A stretch of DNA of 64,000 bases, taken from positions 20,274,001-20,338,000 of the forward strand of contig CM022671.1 in assembly GCA_012295275.1 (NCBI GenBank), in the 5' to 3' direction. Of the stretch, positions 1-14,162 are shown piece by piece. The translations under genes were made by a program, and so were the position numbers. Origin of the DNA: Chrysomallon squamiferum (Eukaryota; Animalia; Mollusca). Position 1 is the first letter of the stretch; each line of letters starts with the position of its first letter. A model generated the notes under the pieces. That model saw only the letters and a list, made by a program, of their open reading frames with translations. It had not been told where the DNA came from and did not search any database.

Positions 1-2
1 AG

Positions 3-260
3 CGGTGGAATGATAATTTAGAAAATGCTGTACGCGTCGTTGAACAGCAGGTATTTGTCGATCTAAGGGACGTGTCTGTCGAAAAACAATGCGGACTCGG
101 AAAACTGCTCGTCTCGGGGGCCGCTAAAAACAGGTACCAGTGCATTCGACTTTTTAAAAATGGCTGCTTGTTAACTAAAGGCGAAACGTTGTTTATACTC
201 GCGGGTATTAGAAACCTAAAGTATATTTGCATGTGTAGTATGTTATTCGCTTTATCATAA
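3..260 (+). CDS. Possible 3' part of an exon/ORF running in from the left edge (product unknown)
   Basis: Frame 3 is open from the window edge to TAA at 258-260 (RWNDNLENAVRVVEQQVFVDLRDVSVEKQCGLGKLLVSG...), with higher GC and many G-starting codons. The antisense frame is also open with an AG acceptor at 217-216, so strand is uncertain. No motif recognised. Confidence 0.3.
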   Translation, partial: RWNDNLENAVRVVEQQVFVDLRDVSVEKQCGLGKLLVSGAAKNRYQCIRLFKNGCLLTKGETLFILAGIRNLKYICMCSMLFALS

Positions 261-2467
261 AGAATAGATTAACACCCAAGCGCAAACTTAACGTACACTT
301 ATCACACATTTTTAATGTGTAATATTTGTATTTACTGTTTAATTTTTATTTTTGGTTTTTCTTCTTTTTCTTATTGTTGTTTTTATTTTATTTATTTATT
401 TATTTGTTGTTGTTGTTGTTGTTGTTGTTGCTGATTCCGGTGTTATTTCTAGAGTTGGTATTGTGGTTCGAGTACCAGCAGACTTTCTCTTCCTTTTTTG
501 TACAAAAAAATTAATTTACATATATACAGACAGATACAGAGAGACACAGACTTATATATATATATAAGTTCTTTGTATATTGTTTTATATTAAATAATCT
601 TTTTAAAAAAAAAAAATAAAATAAAGACACTAACGGACCTAAACAAAATTAAACATATAACTGGAGGGGTGGGGGTGGAAAAATAAAAACAAACACCAAA
701 CAAATATCTTTTCAAAGAATAATTAGACATGTATATCATGACATGAACGTCCTGAAACTGTTTTGAACAGACTGACGAGTAACTAAAAATACAAATTTAA
801 TATTTAATGTGTCTTTTTATATTCATGGGATGTTCAAAAAACTGTTTTAGCTGTTCTCTTTCTTTCCAGAACAAAAATGTTGTTTGCGAAACGGACAACT
901 GATGTTAATATATAATTGTATCGCATATCTCTTGAGATCTGAATCATCAAACGTTTTCGTTTGAAGTTTTTATTTTATTTTATTACTGTCACACATGTGA
1001 ATAAGCATTGTATACGTTATCTTATACGTTTGTTTATATTTAGATAATGCTGTAGCTTCCAAGTACTGACTTAATGTAATTTGACTTCGTCATAAGAGGA
1101 ATGTGGGTGTTTGTGTGTAATAATTTGTTGTTTTTGTGTGTCCGTGTCCATATTTGTGTGTGTGTATAAATGTGGATGTGTGTATGTGAGTGTGAGAATG
1201 TGCGTGTATGTTAATGTGTGTAGGGGTGTGTGTGTGTGGGTGTATGTGCATGATATGTTAATATGTGTGCTGTATTTGTGATTGTGTTGGTGAGTGTGAA
1301 CGTGTATATCTGTGTTTGTGTGTATATGTTTGTGTTCCAGTGTAATTTTGTATGTACTCGTATATAATTCAACGTCTTTGGTGTTAATGGTTTTTCGCAT
1401 TATTGCAAACAGGAGTTTTAAGCTGGTAGAATAATCTTTTGTTCTTTTTCTTTTCACATTATTTTGATCATTCTGTTCTGTGTGGAACTAGTTTACAGGT
1501 ATATTCAATCATTAGATTAAGGAAAGTATATCATATTATAAAAACATTCGATACATTCTGTTGTTTAATATTATTGATCGGATATCACTGAAGGAGACGA
1601 CAATGTTTTATATTTCAATTAATTAGCAAACAAATTGTATTCAGACATGAATGTGCCTGTTTGTACACGTACATATATACAAAATGTATACATAAACATA
1701 CTCATATACATATAAACATATTCATTTACATATACATCATATATTTATTCACATGCACACATGTACATATATATGCATACATACATACATATACACATAC
1801 ACATTCAATGTCTTTATTGAATTTATAAATGGTCTCCATCATCTAGCTAAATATCAAGATTGAAGAGTCCTCTGTTCATAATTATAATTTTTATTATTTT
1901 ACAAACAACGAGCATTTATCTAAAATAATTTCTTCTGTAGTTCGTAACAGAAATATTATTATTTGAGCTTTAACTCCAACACAGTAATATCCAATTTTAT
2001 GTGATCATATACCTAGTATTTCGCCATTTCAGATAAATCAATAATTTTCAAACTTATTTTGAACCATATTATCCTTAAAATATTTATCTAACCTTGGAAA
2101 CCTGTCGGTATGAAAAGGGTAATTATATTTCAAAGAGCCTACATTGATGATATAAACCATGGCGACATTATCGTCCCATTCATAATTTAATCAAAGACAC
2201 GACTACGTGAGATTGTTAATATTTACAGTAAACACTGTCGGCACGGCAAAGCTTTGTTATCACTGCATTAAAGATGTACTGCAGATCTGAGATTATTATA
2301 AAGTACATGTACATACTCAGAATAAAATGAACACACCCAAACAGAATTGAATGAATCTTGCTTAAAGTTTAATATTATGACTTAAGTGAGTTATTTATGG
2401 ATTTTTTTTTGATTTTTTATTTTGGGTGGGTCTGTGTTTATTTTACATTATTAATAGTATTATTATT

Positions 2468-2514
<47 letters not shown>

Positions 2515-3550
2515 GTTTGTTGTCATTGTTGTTACAATTTTTGTTGTTCAGAATATTATTATTATAATTTCAGAAGTAATAATTATTGTTATTTTTATTA
2601 CAGGAAATGCTTTTGCTGTTGTTATTATTATTATTGTTACTGTTCCTATTGTTATTATTGTTATTGCTATTGTTGTTATTATTAATATGATCATCATCAT
2701 TATCATCATTATTGCTAAAATATAGCTGTTCGGTGAAACACTCTTCAAAATCTTCTGTAATTACATTTATTGCGAAACACGTGCCGAATAAATCGAATAA
2801 AACTCTAAATTGTAGTAGTAAGATATTAATTTAAGAATTATGTCATATACAAAACTCATGATTTCTTAAACTGTATATTTACCAGCAGCGTTATAAAATT
2901 ATGGAATTTCTAACATCCTTTTAACACATTATGACCACATTTTTAAGGGGGGGAAAAAATACTTTTAGATAACTGATCTTTTTACAAGGCTTCAGATAGA
3001 TCGCTGTGATACAAATCTAGATATTTTGGCACCTGTAACTGATCACGGTTTAACCGAGAAAAATAAATGACTTCATGATTGGAAAGAAGGTGTCAGATAA
3101 GCCTTTACGCTGTTAAGATTCCACATTTTGTTATTAAATCTTTGCTGTGTAGAGAAGAGTGCTTAAACCGTGATATTTTAGAAGACAGGGACATGGACAT
3201 GATATGTAACAATTATTATAGAGTTCTGAACTAAATAATGCGTGAAAGACGAGATGAAAATTAGATGGTTTAACGTAGTATGAATTACAGCCCGTTACTA
3301 AGTATCAAATTTAAGTGTGGAGAAAACGTGGTTTTTACACATTTATTTTACCGAAGCCGTAGACGTAACAGATATAAATTATTCTGTATTTCCTACAACC
3401 AAGTTTTGATGAAAGTTGTAGATAAATGAATAATAATTAATAAAAATACCTTAGGCAAATAAAAACTAACTTAGCAATAACAAAACAGAAATAAATAGTA
3501 GTAACGGTGGTAGTAGGAATAGTAACAACAACAATAGCAACATCAACAAT

Positions 3551-3587
<37 letters not shown>

Positions 3588-4024
3588 GTAATAATAATAA
3601 TAACAACAACAACAACAACAATAACAATAATGATAATAATTCTCTCTTCTGTTCCCTATACTACAGGACTATATACAATTTGAAATATTTTTTGTCAGTA
3701 CAAACTAAATGATAATTTGAATAGGTAGGCTAGAGACATCATCGTCCATTAGCGTCAGAAATCATCAAAGTATTAGCTGTAATATAAAACTAACAGGACA
3801 GACAGTGATATCGGTGCTGCATTCAGAAATCCACACGCCTAAACTTAATTGTTATGCTTATATCCAAACCAGATTAAGGAACACTGCATTTAATACATAT
3901 TCAGGAATATGCAGGCAGAGAGACTGACTAGCAGACAGAAATGGGGGAAGGACGCGTCTATGTAGTTAAACACACAGAGAGAAAGAAGGACGCATATTTA
4001 ATTATACAGAGAGAGGAAATGAAT

Positions 4025-4330
4025 GAAGGAAGGACATTTTTATTTTATTTAATAACACCCTAAACCTTTTTTTTATTTATGGAAATAAAGCGCCGGACAC
4101 GTGGTGGTTAAGAACAATCGGAAATCTGTTGCACCACATTATGGTTTACTTTTATCAATTAGCAACAAGGAATGTGTTATGTTTACCATCCCACAGACAG
4201 AAAGGTACATACAATGAATGGCATTTGTTACACCGTTTGTTTCACTGGCTGGAACCACAGATAGTCTAATGAAAGGGATCGAACCGACGACCATTGCACC
4301 TTGAGATACCACGGAGATACTTCATGCTCT
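4025..4330 (-). mobile_element. Degenerate tRNA-derived SINE copy
   Basis: gaaggaagga tail at left and tRNA-like head (taccacggagatacttcatgctct) at right. Shares blocks with the 48041-48278 copy (accatcccacagacag / accatctgacagacag). Resembles from memory a common gastropod SINE. Confidence 0.6.
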
Positions 4331-5721
4331 AGATACAGAGGAAGAGATAAATAATTTGTACCAAAATTAATATAAACAGACAGCCATTTAATCGCTTTAT
4401 ATGTATAAATATTACTAATTTATTATGTTATAAACACTTTCTTGCCTGATAAATTCTGATTATCTTATGCATATACATAGTTTTACACATATACATACAT
4501 ACATACATACATACATACATACATAAATACAGTTATCGTTATCTACAGTTTGATGTACATTGTTTTACTATTTACTTCTTAATTTTTACCAGAATATTCA
4601 TGCAATTTACTTTAACATATATTTTTTTCTCTTACAAATTTGGCAGAACTTGAAAGTGTTAAACAAATATAATAATATTAATAATTAAAATAATTTAATG
4701 AAATAAATTAGTAAAATAAAATAAAATAAAATAAAATTTAAAATAAAAATAAAATAAAATAAAAATCAATGTTAAATAAATTCTATATCGACTGGAAATG
4801 AAAATTATATTACAGTATAAACTCTGCATGACATTGGTGCCATATGTTTGAAGTAAGTACAAAGAGGGGAAAAAATATGTCAGGAGTGTTTATACATTCG
4901 TAGTAAAAGCTGAATTCATATTTGATTAAAATCTGAAATTAATTCCATTTTGTAAGAACAGTAGTCAATATCTATAACATAACAAGACCTGTTTTTATAA
5001 AATTTATAGAAATTGATATATATATATATATATATATATATAAAGAATAAATATATATGTGTTGATTTTAAATATTAATATTAAAATAAATGTAATAATT
5101 ATTATTTGTCGACAAATGGTTTTGATAGCGTAGTATAAATCATTTACTTTTTATGAGTGGTTTATAAGTAAAATCGGATTGTTTCTACAGTTCTTTAAAT
5201 GTTATTGTGTAAACTACTTAAAAAATAAACACTTGTCAAAAAAATGAAAAAAAAAACAAATGATGTAAAACAAAAGTATTTAAATCTCTTGAAAAAAAGA
5301 TTTGAAAAAGAATAATAATAATAAAAATAATAAAATTGAAAAAATAAAATGAAAAATGGCAGAATTTTTTTTGGCTTTTGTTTTTTTCCAAAATAACAGT
5401 AAAAATAAGCTATCTTAATTGAGTTTATGATCAATAAATAATTAGTACTAATATACACTCTTATATGTATTCTACCTTTCTGTACTAATACTTAAGTACA
5501 TTAGAACGAAGAAGATAATTCTTAATTATGTTAGCATTTAACATCTCGATTTTGCTAATTTTTTCTTTAAAAAAAAAAAAAAAAAAGGAAAAAAAAAAAA
5601 GAAAATACCTAGGCCATATGTCATCTAATTAATTTTCTTTCTTTCTTTATCTTATTTATTTTATTTTATTTTATTTTATTTAATTTTTTATTATTTATTT
5701 AATTATATATTTATTATTATT

Positions 5722-5756
<35 letters not shown>

Positions 5757-6143
5757 GGTTGTTTTGTTGCAAATACATGTACTAAAAGTGCAGGTTTGCA
5801 AACCAGGAATAGCCAACCGTAGACGGTCTGACCTTTATTCGGAGGAAGCCTTTAACAAATTTTCTGATAAAACCATCAAGTTAATACCGAGGGGATACAA
5901 CACGTGATGATTATCGTGAAAGCAAATGCCAGTAATTCAAGACAGAACGAAACAGAAGAGAGGATATTTTCTTTTCAACTTCAATTTTTTATTTTTTTAT
6001 TTCTTTTGCTTTAAATTTTTTTATTTTATTTTTTAAATTTTTTATTTTATATTATTATTATTATTTTTTTTTTTTTTTTTTTACTCTATCATTTTCGTAA
6101 ATTTTAGATTTAATAAATATTTTTCTTCTGTTTTTGTCTTTTG

Positions 6144-6200
<57 letters not shown>

Positions 6201-7104
6201 TATCTTTTTCATTTTAATATAATTTTTTAAAATTTGTTTATTTAAAGCTAAATATTTTTATCCTATTTTTATTTTGATTATTATGATAATTATTTTGAAT
6301 TTTTTAATTTTAAAATTCGGAAATTTCTTTTTTTTTTTTTATTGACATTAATTCATATTAAAAAAATGATATTTCTAATATCGATTTTTATTTTTCATTG
6401 AATAACATTTATAAAATAGAAATCACTGTTAGAAAGATTCTCCATTTAATAAGAATTAAAATTTTGAGTGTCAGAATTCAGATAGTGTAATTTAAATATA
6501 TGAAAAAAAATAAGAGCAAATTATATGAAAAAAAAATGTACGTAAGCAAGGAATCGTTTCGGGGGAAAAAAAATTAAAAGTTATTATCAGAAATAATTTT
6601 AATAATGTCAAAAAAAAAAAAAATAAATAAAAAAAAATAAAATAAAATAATAAAAAAACAACTTGCGAAGCTCTCACAGACATCGATTTTTTTCCCACTT
6701 AAATCAGTTTTTTTATTATGTTTTCTTTACTTTCATTTTACTTTTTATTATTACTTCTAAGATGAATTGAAATATAAAATAAGATTCTCAAACAATAGAT
6801 TAATTTCATAATCCATGACGTTATACATGAATAAACGCTGGTTTGGTGACGTTATTTTAATATTAATTATATGTATAGTGATAGTACGAACGAAGAAACA
6901 TGCTAATGTAAATAACAGAGCTACTTTTTCAACTTTTAGCGGCAAGAGATCATGTATACAAACCTTCCTGTAAACAGGAGAGCAAATACTGTATTTTTAA
7001 AAAAATCTGTATCTGTTAACTAGCTTGAGAGGAAACTGACCGGTGAGTAACTAGGAGAACAGAATCAGCGATCTACAAGTTTTCTGCCTTGTGTCACAAT
7101 ACAG

Positions 7105-7560
7105 CTTGATTTATTATGCAGACTCAAATATCGTTATTATGTAACATGAAATACTTAGGTTTGATTTATTACCTAGTATGAAATGGTTAAGATAGATTTA
7201 TTATGTAGTGTGAAATATATATACATATTAAGTACTTTGATAAGTAGTCTGAAAAACATATATATATAAGTTTGTAACGTGCTGTGAAAAAAATTTGTTT
7301 GGCTTACTTTTTTTTTTTAAATAAGTAAATTTTATTTATTACGCAGCATGGTTTTATTACATAGTGTTAAATACGTGTTTCATTTATAACATAATATGAA
7401 ATACATAACTTTACTTCATTATGTAGTATGAAATATGTATGTAGTTTTATTAAATAGTATGAAATACGTAAATTTGCTTTATTGCATAGTGTGAAATAAG
7501 TAAGATTAATTAACTGCGTGGTATGTAATACGTAACTTTGGCTTATGCTGTATGAAATTG
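7105..7560. repeat. Degenerate minisatellite, about 35-bp unit (tttattatgtagtatgaaatacgtaagttt)
   Basis: ttattaYRtagtRtgaaata-like motif recurs about 10 times. Confidence 0.7.
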
Positions 7561-8509
7561 AATAATATGCATGATTTTATCGAGTTAATGTCTTTTTCTC
7601 CCATGAGTTTATATATTTCTCTCCCTTTTCTTATCTTATTTATTTGAATATCTTTTGAAATGTTATTAATGATTTTTTTAATTTTTTTTCTAAATGTAAA
7701 ATTTGTTCACATTGGTATCATCTGTACCAATAAATGTTTGTCACTAAAACAATCTAAGTTGCAACTTTGTGATTTTTTGCTGACAGAATTCTCTTTTTCT
7801 CGGATTACCTATCTTTTTATTGCGAAGAACATCTTCTTCTATGGCTGCCATTTCTGCGAAACAGCCTTGGCATTTACAGAATATCCAATATCATCTTGTT
7901 TCAAGTCTAGAAATTCAATCACATTTCTTTTACTGATTTTTTATGTCCAATCGTCTAAAAATATATACCCAAAATAATGAATTAATGTATTATTTAAGTT
8001 ATTCGGTATTTTTTCGTATTGGATTTGTTTTTATTTTTTTATTTTTTTCAAATCATTAAGTTATTCCGCTGAGGACTTTTAGAGAGAATAGTTTACTAGG
8101 TCGCAGAAACGGAAATAGAGAGTGACATTAACGACTTCTTTTTTAATTTCCGTAAGAAGAAATTTGTTGTGAACTGAAAGAAAAGCGAATTATAAATCAT
8201 CAGATCAGGTGATAGCATTCAGAAGAATTTTTCCAATTACCATTACGAACCAGCTTATCAGTAACAGTCACGCATCGGTTATCCAGTGCCCACCATCCAT
8301 CCGTTTATCGGGCACCATCACGGACATGTGTACTCTTCACCATTATGAATCATTGTGTCCATATGTTACTTTTATCTGTATGGTATTCATCTCCAGTGCT
8401 TTGTTTGTCTTTATGCACATCTTTTGCACCATTTTGCGTTATTTCCATCTGTATAGAGACAACAGCAAGCAATTTTTTCATTACTTCTGTTTCATATAGA
8501 CCTAGCTTG

Positions 8510-8835
8510 CATTCAGTAAGAACGTTACTCCTGTCTCTATCGTTTATGTTTATATTCATCCAGTACCTTACTTCTGTCTGTATCACGTAAATTCAGCTTT
8601 GTTCAGTAAATTATTTCTGTTTAGCTTCTTCCATTACGTTATTTCCGTCTCTATCACGTAATCACGTACATTCAGCCTCATCCAGTACGTTATTTTTGTC
8701 TCTTTCAAGTACGTTAATCCAAGACATTATTTCTGTCTGTTTCGTACATTAAATTCATCAAGTACATTATTTCTATTTCTATAAAGAAAATCGAACTTAC
8801 AGCCTGTTATTTATTTCTTAGTCTCTATCACGTAT
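8510..8835. repeat. Degenerate minisatellite, about 40-bp unit (catccagtacgttatttctgtctctatcacgta)
   Basis: cagtacRttatttc..tctatcacgta-like units recur. The left foldback arm starts inside this array. Confidence 0.7.
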
Positions 8836-10223
8836 AATTAGTATGCAGTCAGTTATTTATTTATTTATTTATTTAATTTTATTTATTAAATTTATTATTA
8901 TTATTATTTATTTTTTCCCCCGATATCTATCATGCATCAGGGCTTCATTCCTACACGGTGCAGCCATATACGTCATATTCCTAACCAACGTGTTCAACGA
9001 TTGTTTTTTCATCGACCGAGATTTATGCCTGTCTGTGCATAGAATGGTACAAATGAATGAATGAATGAATGTTTAACTATATCCCTACTGACTCCTGGGT
9101 TTCAGAGCTATGGAAAGGTACATGTATATATTGTTTCTAAAGGCTCTATCTCTGAAGTAATTTTTATAAAATTTATCTTTAGTATCTAATAATTGTCAGT
9201 GCTAAAATGTGTTGAGATGTCAAACAAAATTAACTGAGAACATTTAATGATGGCATCAGTATTTTAGTTAAAAAAGATCCCACATAGCTAGCTTGAATGC
9301 AGTTCATTATTTTCTGATTTGACTTGCTAACGTGTACATCATTTTTGCATTTAGTTAAAGAGTTTTTTGTTATACTGATTGATATTTAATTTGCTTGCAG
9401 TTCCTTGAGTTCCTTTTTTAATTTTATTTTATAGTTATGTAAATACATACATAAATAAATTAATAAATTAACATATATCGTTAAACATAAATATAGACCC
9501 ATAATTACATGTATACAAAGACACATTCATACATTATATTTGTACATCGATACACATATACACACATGCATACATACATACATACATACATTTATACATA
9601 CATACATATACATACATTCATGTATGTATATATGTATTTACATAACTATAAAAAAAAAAAAAAAGGAACTCGAGGAACTGCAAGCAAATTAAATATCAAT
9701 CAGTATAACAAAAAACTCTTTAACTAAATGCAAAAATGATGTACACGTTAGCAAGTCAAATCAGAAAATAATGAACTGCATTCAAGCTAGCTATGTGGGA
9801 TCTTTTTTAACTAAAATACTGATGCCATCATTAAATAGCCTAATGCTCTCAGTTAATTTTGTTTGACATCTCAACACATTTTAGCACTGACAATTATTAG
9901 ATGCTAAAGGTAAATTTTATAAAAATTACTTCAGAGATAAAGCCTTCAGAAACAATATATATATTTTATGTGCATGTATCTTTCCATAGTTCTGAAACCC
10001 AGGAGTCAATAGGGATATAGTTAAACATTCATTCATTCATTCATTTGCACCATTCTATGCACAGACAGGCATAAATCTCGGTCGATGAAAAAACAATCGT
10101 TGAACACGTTGGTTAGGAATATGACGTATATGGCTGCACCGTGTAGGAATGAAGCCCTGATGCATGATAGATATCGGGAGAAAAAATAAAAATAATAATA
10201 ATAAATTTAATAAAAATAAAAAA

Positions 10224-10254
<31 letters not shown>

Positions 10255-10367
10255 CTGACTGCATACTAATTATACGTGATAGAGACTAAGAAATAAACAA
10301 CAGGCTGTAAGTTCGATTTTCTTTATAGAAATAGAAATAATGTACTTGATGAATTTAATGTACGAAA
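8740..10367. repeat. Large inverted repeat (foldback): arms 8740-9449 and 9631-10367, about 180-bp spacer
   Basis: The arms are reverse complements with only scattered substitutions and small indels (e.g. tttcgtacattaaattcatcaagtacattatttct at 8740 vs agaaataatgtacttgatgaatttaatgtacgaaa ending 10367). Mirrored ORFs at 8843+ and 10264- both begin MQSVIYLFIYL. Confidence 0.95.
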
Positions 10368-12595
10368 TACACAGATACATACATACATAAGCACACACAC
10401 ACACACACACACGTATGTATATAATGTATATTTACATATAAATATATATACAATCAACATCCATATATATATACAAACAGTGCTATTTTAAAACATTATG
10501 ATTCATACGAGTCTGAAAATTAAAAAATATATATTTAGTTAGATTTTTTATATATATATATATTTTTATACACACACACACGTATACATAAACATACATG
10601 AGCATACATATACACACATAGAGATAGGGACATATATATTTATGTATGTATATCTGCATATTCGTGCGTACGTGTGCAAACACTAGCTACATAAAATAAG
10701 TCAACCCACACATAGGTCTAGACATAATGTTTTTAAATTGTCATACAAAGCGTCTTATCAGTATATGTGTTTATGTACCTATTTAAAATAAATATATATA
10801 TTTTTAGAATATTTGAGAGGGAAACTGACAGCTGAAGCTTTCTCTTGTTTGTGAATATATGAATGGTTTTAGAGATAAATATAAAGACAAAAACTGAAAC
10901 TCTGTCTGAACTTTAAAATACTTAAGTGACATTTCAGTGTGTTCGTGTTGAACGAATGTTTGTGTGCATGCACTTGTGTGTGTTTGATAAATACATCTAT
11001 TTGTTTTTGTCCACTCGATTGTGTGTATATAGTTGTGTCTTTGAGAATGTTTATCTCAGAAAGTACTGACTAGAATGGATATTTTATTATCAAATTAGGA
11101 GCGCCGATGAGAACATCAGCATCAGTCGTGACTGAGGTCAGCAGTCAATGAACAATAGCCTGCAGTACCCGTACAGCCATTTGTGAATCCGTTGTGTTTG
11201 TTGTAGGTTTACATATATAACTGTACATGTGTTGGTTAATAAAGATTGTCTGGTCCAATAATGGTGAGTTATTAGCTTCAGCAGCATAACCTAAGTAATG
11301 TGTTGCTGGAGATGTGCATGTGAATGAGAATGGGTGTGTGTATGTGTATGTACCTTTCTCGCTATGTGTATGTGTGTAATGCGTATGTCTGGGAACGTGC
11401 ACGTGTATGTCTATGTGAATCATTGCACTAGCTAAATTTTAATTTGTTTTTGTTTATTATTGTTGTGATCTGTATTATTATTATTGTTGTGGTGGTGGTT
11501 GTCGTCGTTGTCGTTGTTGGTGTTGCTGTTGTTTTTATTATTTTTGTTATTCATTATAAATAATTTGAACTAATCTCCCTCTCTCTCTTAAGCATTATAT
11601 TTGATTTTTTTACATATTCAAAAGGATCCTTTTCTTACTTTTTTTTTTTTTTTTTAAATCTTCTAAATCGATGACCTAAAAGATAATGATCTCAGAGCCT
11701 GTGGATACATAACCTTCAATCTAAGCAAATCTAGCTGCCGTTGTCCTAATATCATTATTCTGATTGATTGTGTGTACTCTTTTATAAAGTACCACTACTA
11801 TTTCTGTTTCAAGAGGGAATAGGCCTTTAACTACATCTTATAAAGGACAGCGGTGAACATAACGTTTTGGTGAAACTGTAATTTTAGAGATTATGGTGAA
11901 AGAGATCATATTATTTATTACATCATTTTTAAATTTGGTTTTTCCGTTTTCGTATGTATTTTTGTGGATGTCTGGATGTCTGTGTGTGTGCTCGTGTGTA
12001 TTAACAAATCAGAAAACAAAATATAAAACCGGAAACTAATACTGTAACATGAAAACCTGAAAGGTGTTGGTGATTTATTGTTTTCTTCTTTTTCATACTT
12101 TCTTTTGTTTTTTGCTGTTATTATTGTTTAATGTGCTTTAACATCAAGATGGAAATTGTATCGAATTGAAGTTAATGTTGGTTATCTTTTTTATTTCCTT
12201 GTTTACGTTATGCAGTTATGCAAAATGGCTTGGAGTAATGCCAAACAAAAATGATGTTAGGTTAATCTGCGGTTGTTTTTTCTCTCACTGTAATGTACTC
12301 TGCAGTTTTAAGGTATCTGATCTCAGATTTCATTTTCAAGTACATTAACCTCTTTTTTCATTCTCTGCACTTTACGGGGGCGAACATTTATCTCAGTGAT
12401 AACAGAGTTCGTCTGAAACGAGATGAAAAATCAGTAATTCTCTGTTGAACACCTTCCATTCCTGTCCGCAAATGTCTTTTTACCAAACATATTTCATTCA
12501 GTACTATCTTTTCGTATAATTAATACTATTTTTGTTGTTGTTATTATTATTATTATTTGTATTTTCATTTATCATATTTTATATCATTTTTATTA

Positions 12596-12639
<44 letters not shown>

Positions 12640-13794
12640 GTTATTATTGTCGTCGTTGTTCTTGTTGTATTAAGTTGAAATAAAGATATCATAACTGACA
12701 TAACATGGACTATAACCATCCATTTAAAATGACAGAAAACTGAAAAACAATAGGCAACTGCCAGTGTATTTTATTACAGGAAATTATGGTGGACCAATTA
12801 AGGCTCTTGACCGTCTTATAGAAAGACAAAGGCATTTTGCTGACGTTCGATAAGCCATTTTGAAAGCGATGTTAGCACGTATTCTAACCCAGTTTTAAAA
12901 GACTATGATGGAGACATAAACCAAGGTCAGCGTATCTTAGTGGCAGAGAATCACTGTGGTCTAATGCTCTTAACCTAAAATAAAAGAACAAAATCCATGT
13001 AATCTTCAACAGGTCAATTCTCTTTTGAATTTTTGCAAGTTTGTTTAGTCTGCTCTTTTCTAATTTTTCACTTTGCAGGTTTTACTGATTTATGTATATT
13101 TGTCAGCTCTTTCAGTTGAAGATTTGTAAGTTTCATTTGTTCTTCGTTGATTTTAATTTATTTTTGTTCGTTCGTTTATTTAATTATGAATAGTATTTAT
13201 TTATTTTGTTTGTCAAACTTTTCCTGATGATTATTTTCGTTCTTTTTGGGTTTTTTTGTGTTTGTTCGTTTATTTTTCATTCATTATTATTATCATTATA
13301 GTTTTAATTTTTTTTATTATTATTTTTTTTTAAATATATTTTCAAGCATTCTTAAAAAAAAGAAGACTAAAAATGAAGAAAATATTTACAATCTAAATTT
13401 CATCAAGCCGTTAATTAAATGATAAGATGAGGTTGGTACTACTTAGTTAAATTGGGTTGCATTGTCAGCCAATGCTCTTAACCTAAAATAAATTATACAT
13501 ATGCCAAATCCTTCATTGACGGCGTTCTAGTTATTTATGTTAACATTTAAACATGTAAACCGAAAATCCTGAAATTCTGTAATGGAACAGTAATAAACCG
13601 TGGTCAGTAAACTGTTTTATCTACAAATATTTATTCTGAGAGTATATACCATGTGGAATATTTATAAGTTATTTGGACAAACAGTGCTATTTTAAAACAT
13701 TATGATTCATGTGAGTCTGAAAATTTAAAAAAAATTATTTAGTTAGCTTTTTTTTTTCTTTTTTTGTTCTGTAGTGATAATAAATCAGGCAGTC

Positions 13795-13839
<45 letters not shown>

Positions 13840-14162
13840 TATTTATTCTGTTTATATAAACAATTCATTTAATTAATGTAATAAAATAAAACATAATAAG
13901 AATAATATTAAATAATATTTAAATATATATCATTTTTAAAGAGCTATTGTTGTCAACTTCCAAATATTCTGCTGCTTTATACAAATATTTTCTGGCTGAA
14001 GAATTATCTGCAATACTGTCACAGACAGAGTTACTCCAAAACAAAACAGTGTTTAATTTTTTATACTCTTTGGCAGAACATATTCCATGTCAATTATTTA
14101 CAAGTTCATTGGTTTCCTGAATAATTTGCATCATTTTGCAAATGTTCTTCAGTGCTATTTTA

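Noticed and set aside
1071-1457. 128-aa His/Thr-rich ORF, and similar MYVCMYV, LSLSLS and IIII ORFs throughout
   Set aside because: Translations of (TG)n, (TATG)n, (GA)n and (ATT)n microsatellites.
7760-7960. Coding-like minus-strand stretch with possible AG/GT boundaries
   Set aside because: No single open frame across it and no recognisable homology.
11020-11290. Possible solo LTR (TG start, AATAAA, non-repetitive composition)
   Set aside because: No CA end or TSD, and no second copy or internal domain in the window.
12900-12985. ATGATG C-box-like start suggesting a C/D snoRNA; also a 22-bp match to about 13471
   Set aside because: No properly placed CTGA D box or terminal stem. The short duplicate alone is uninformative.
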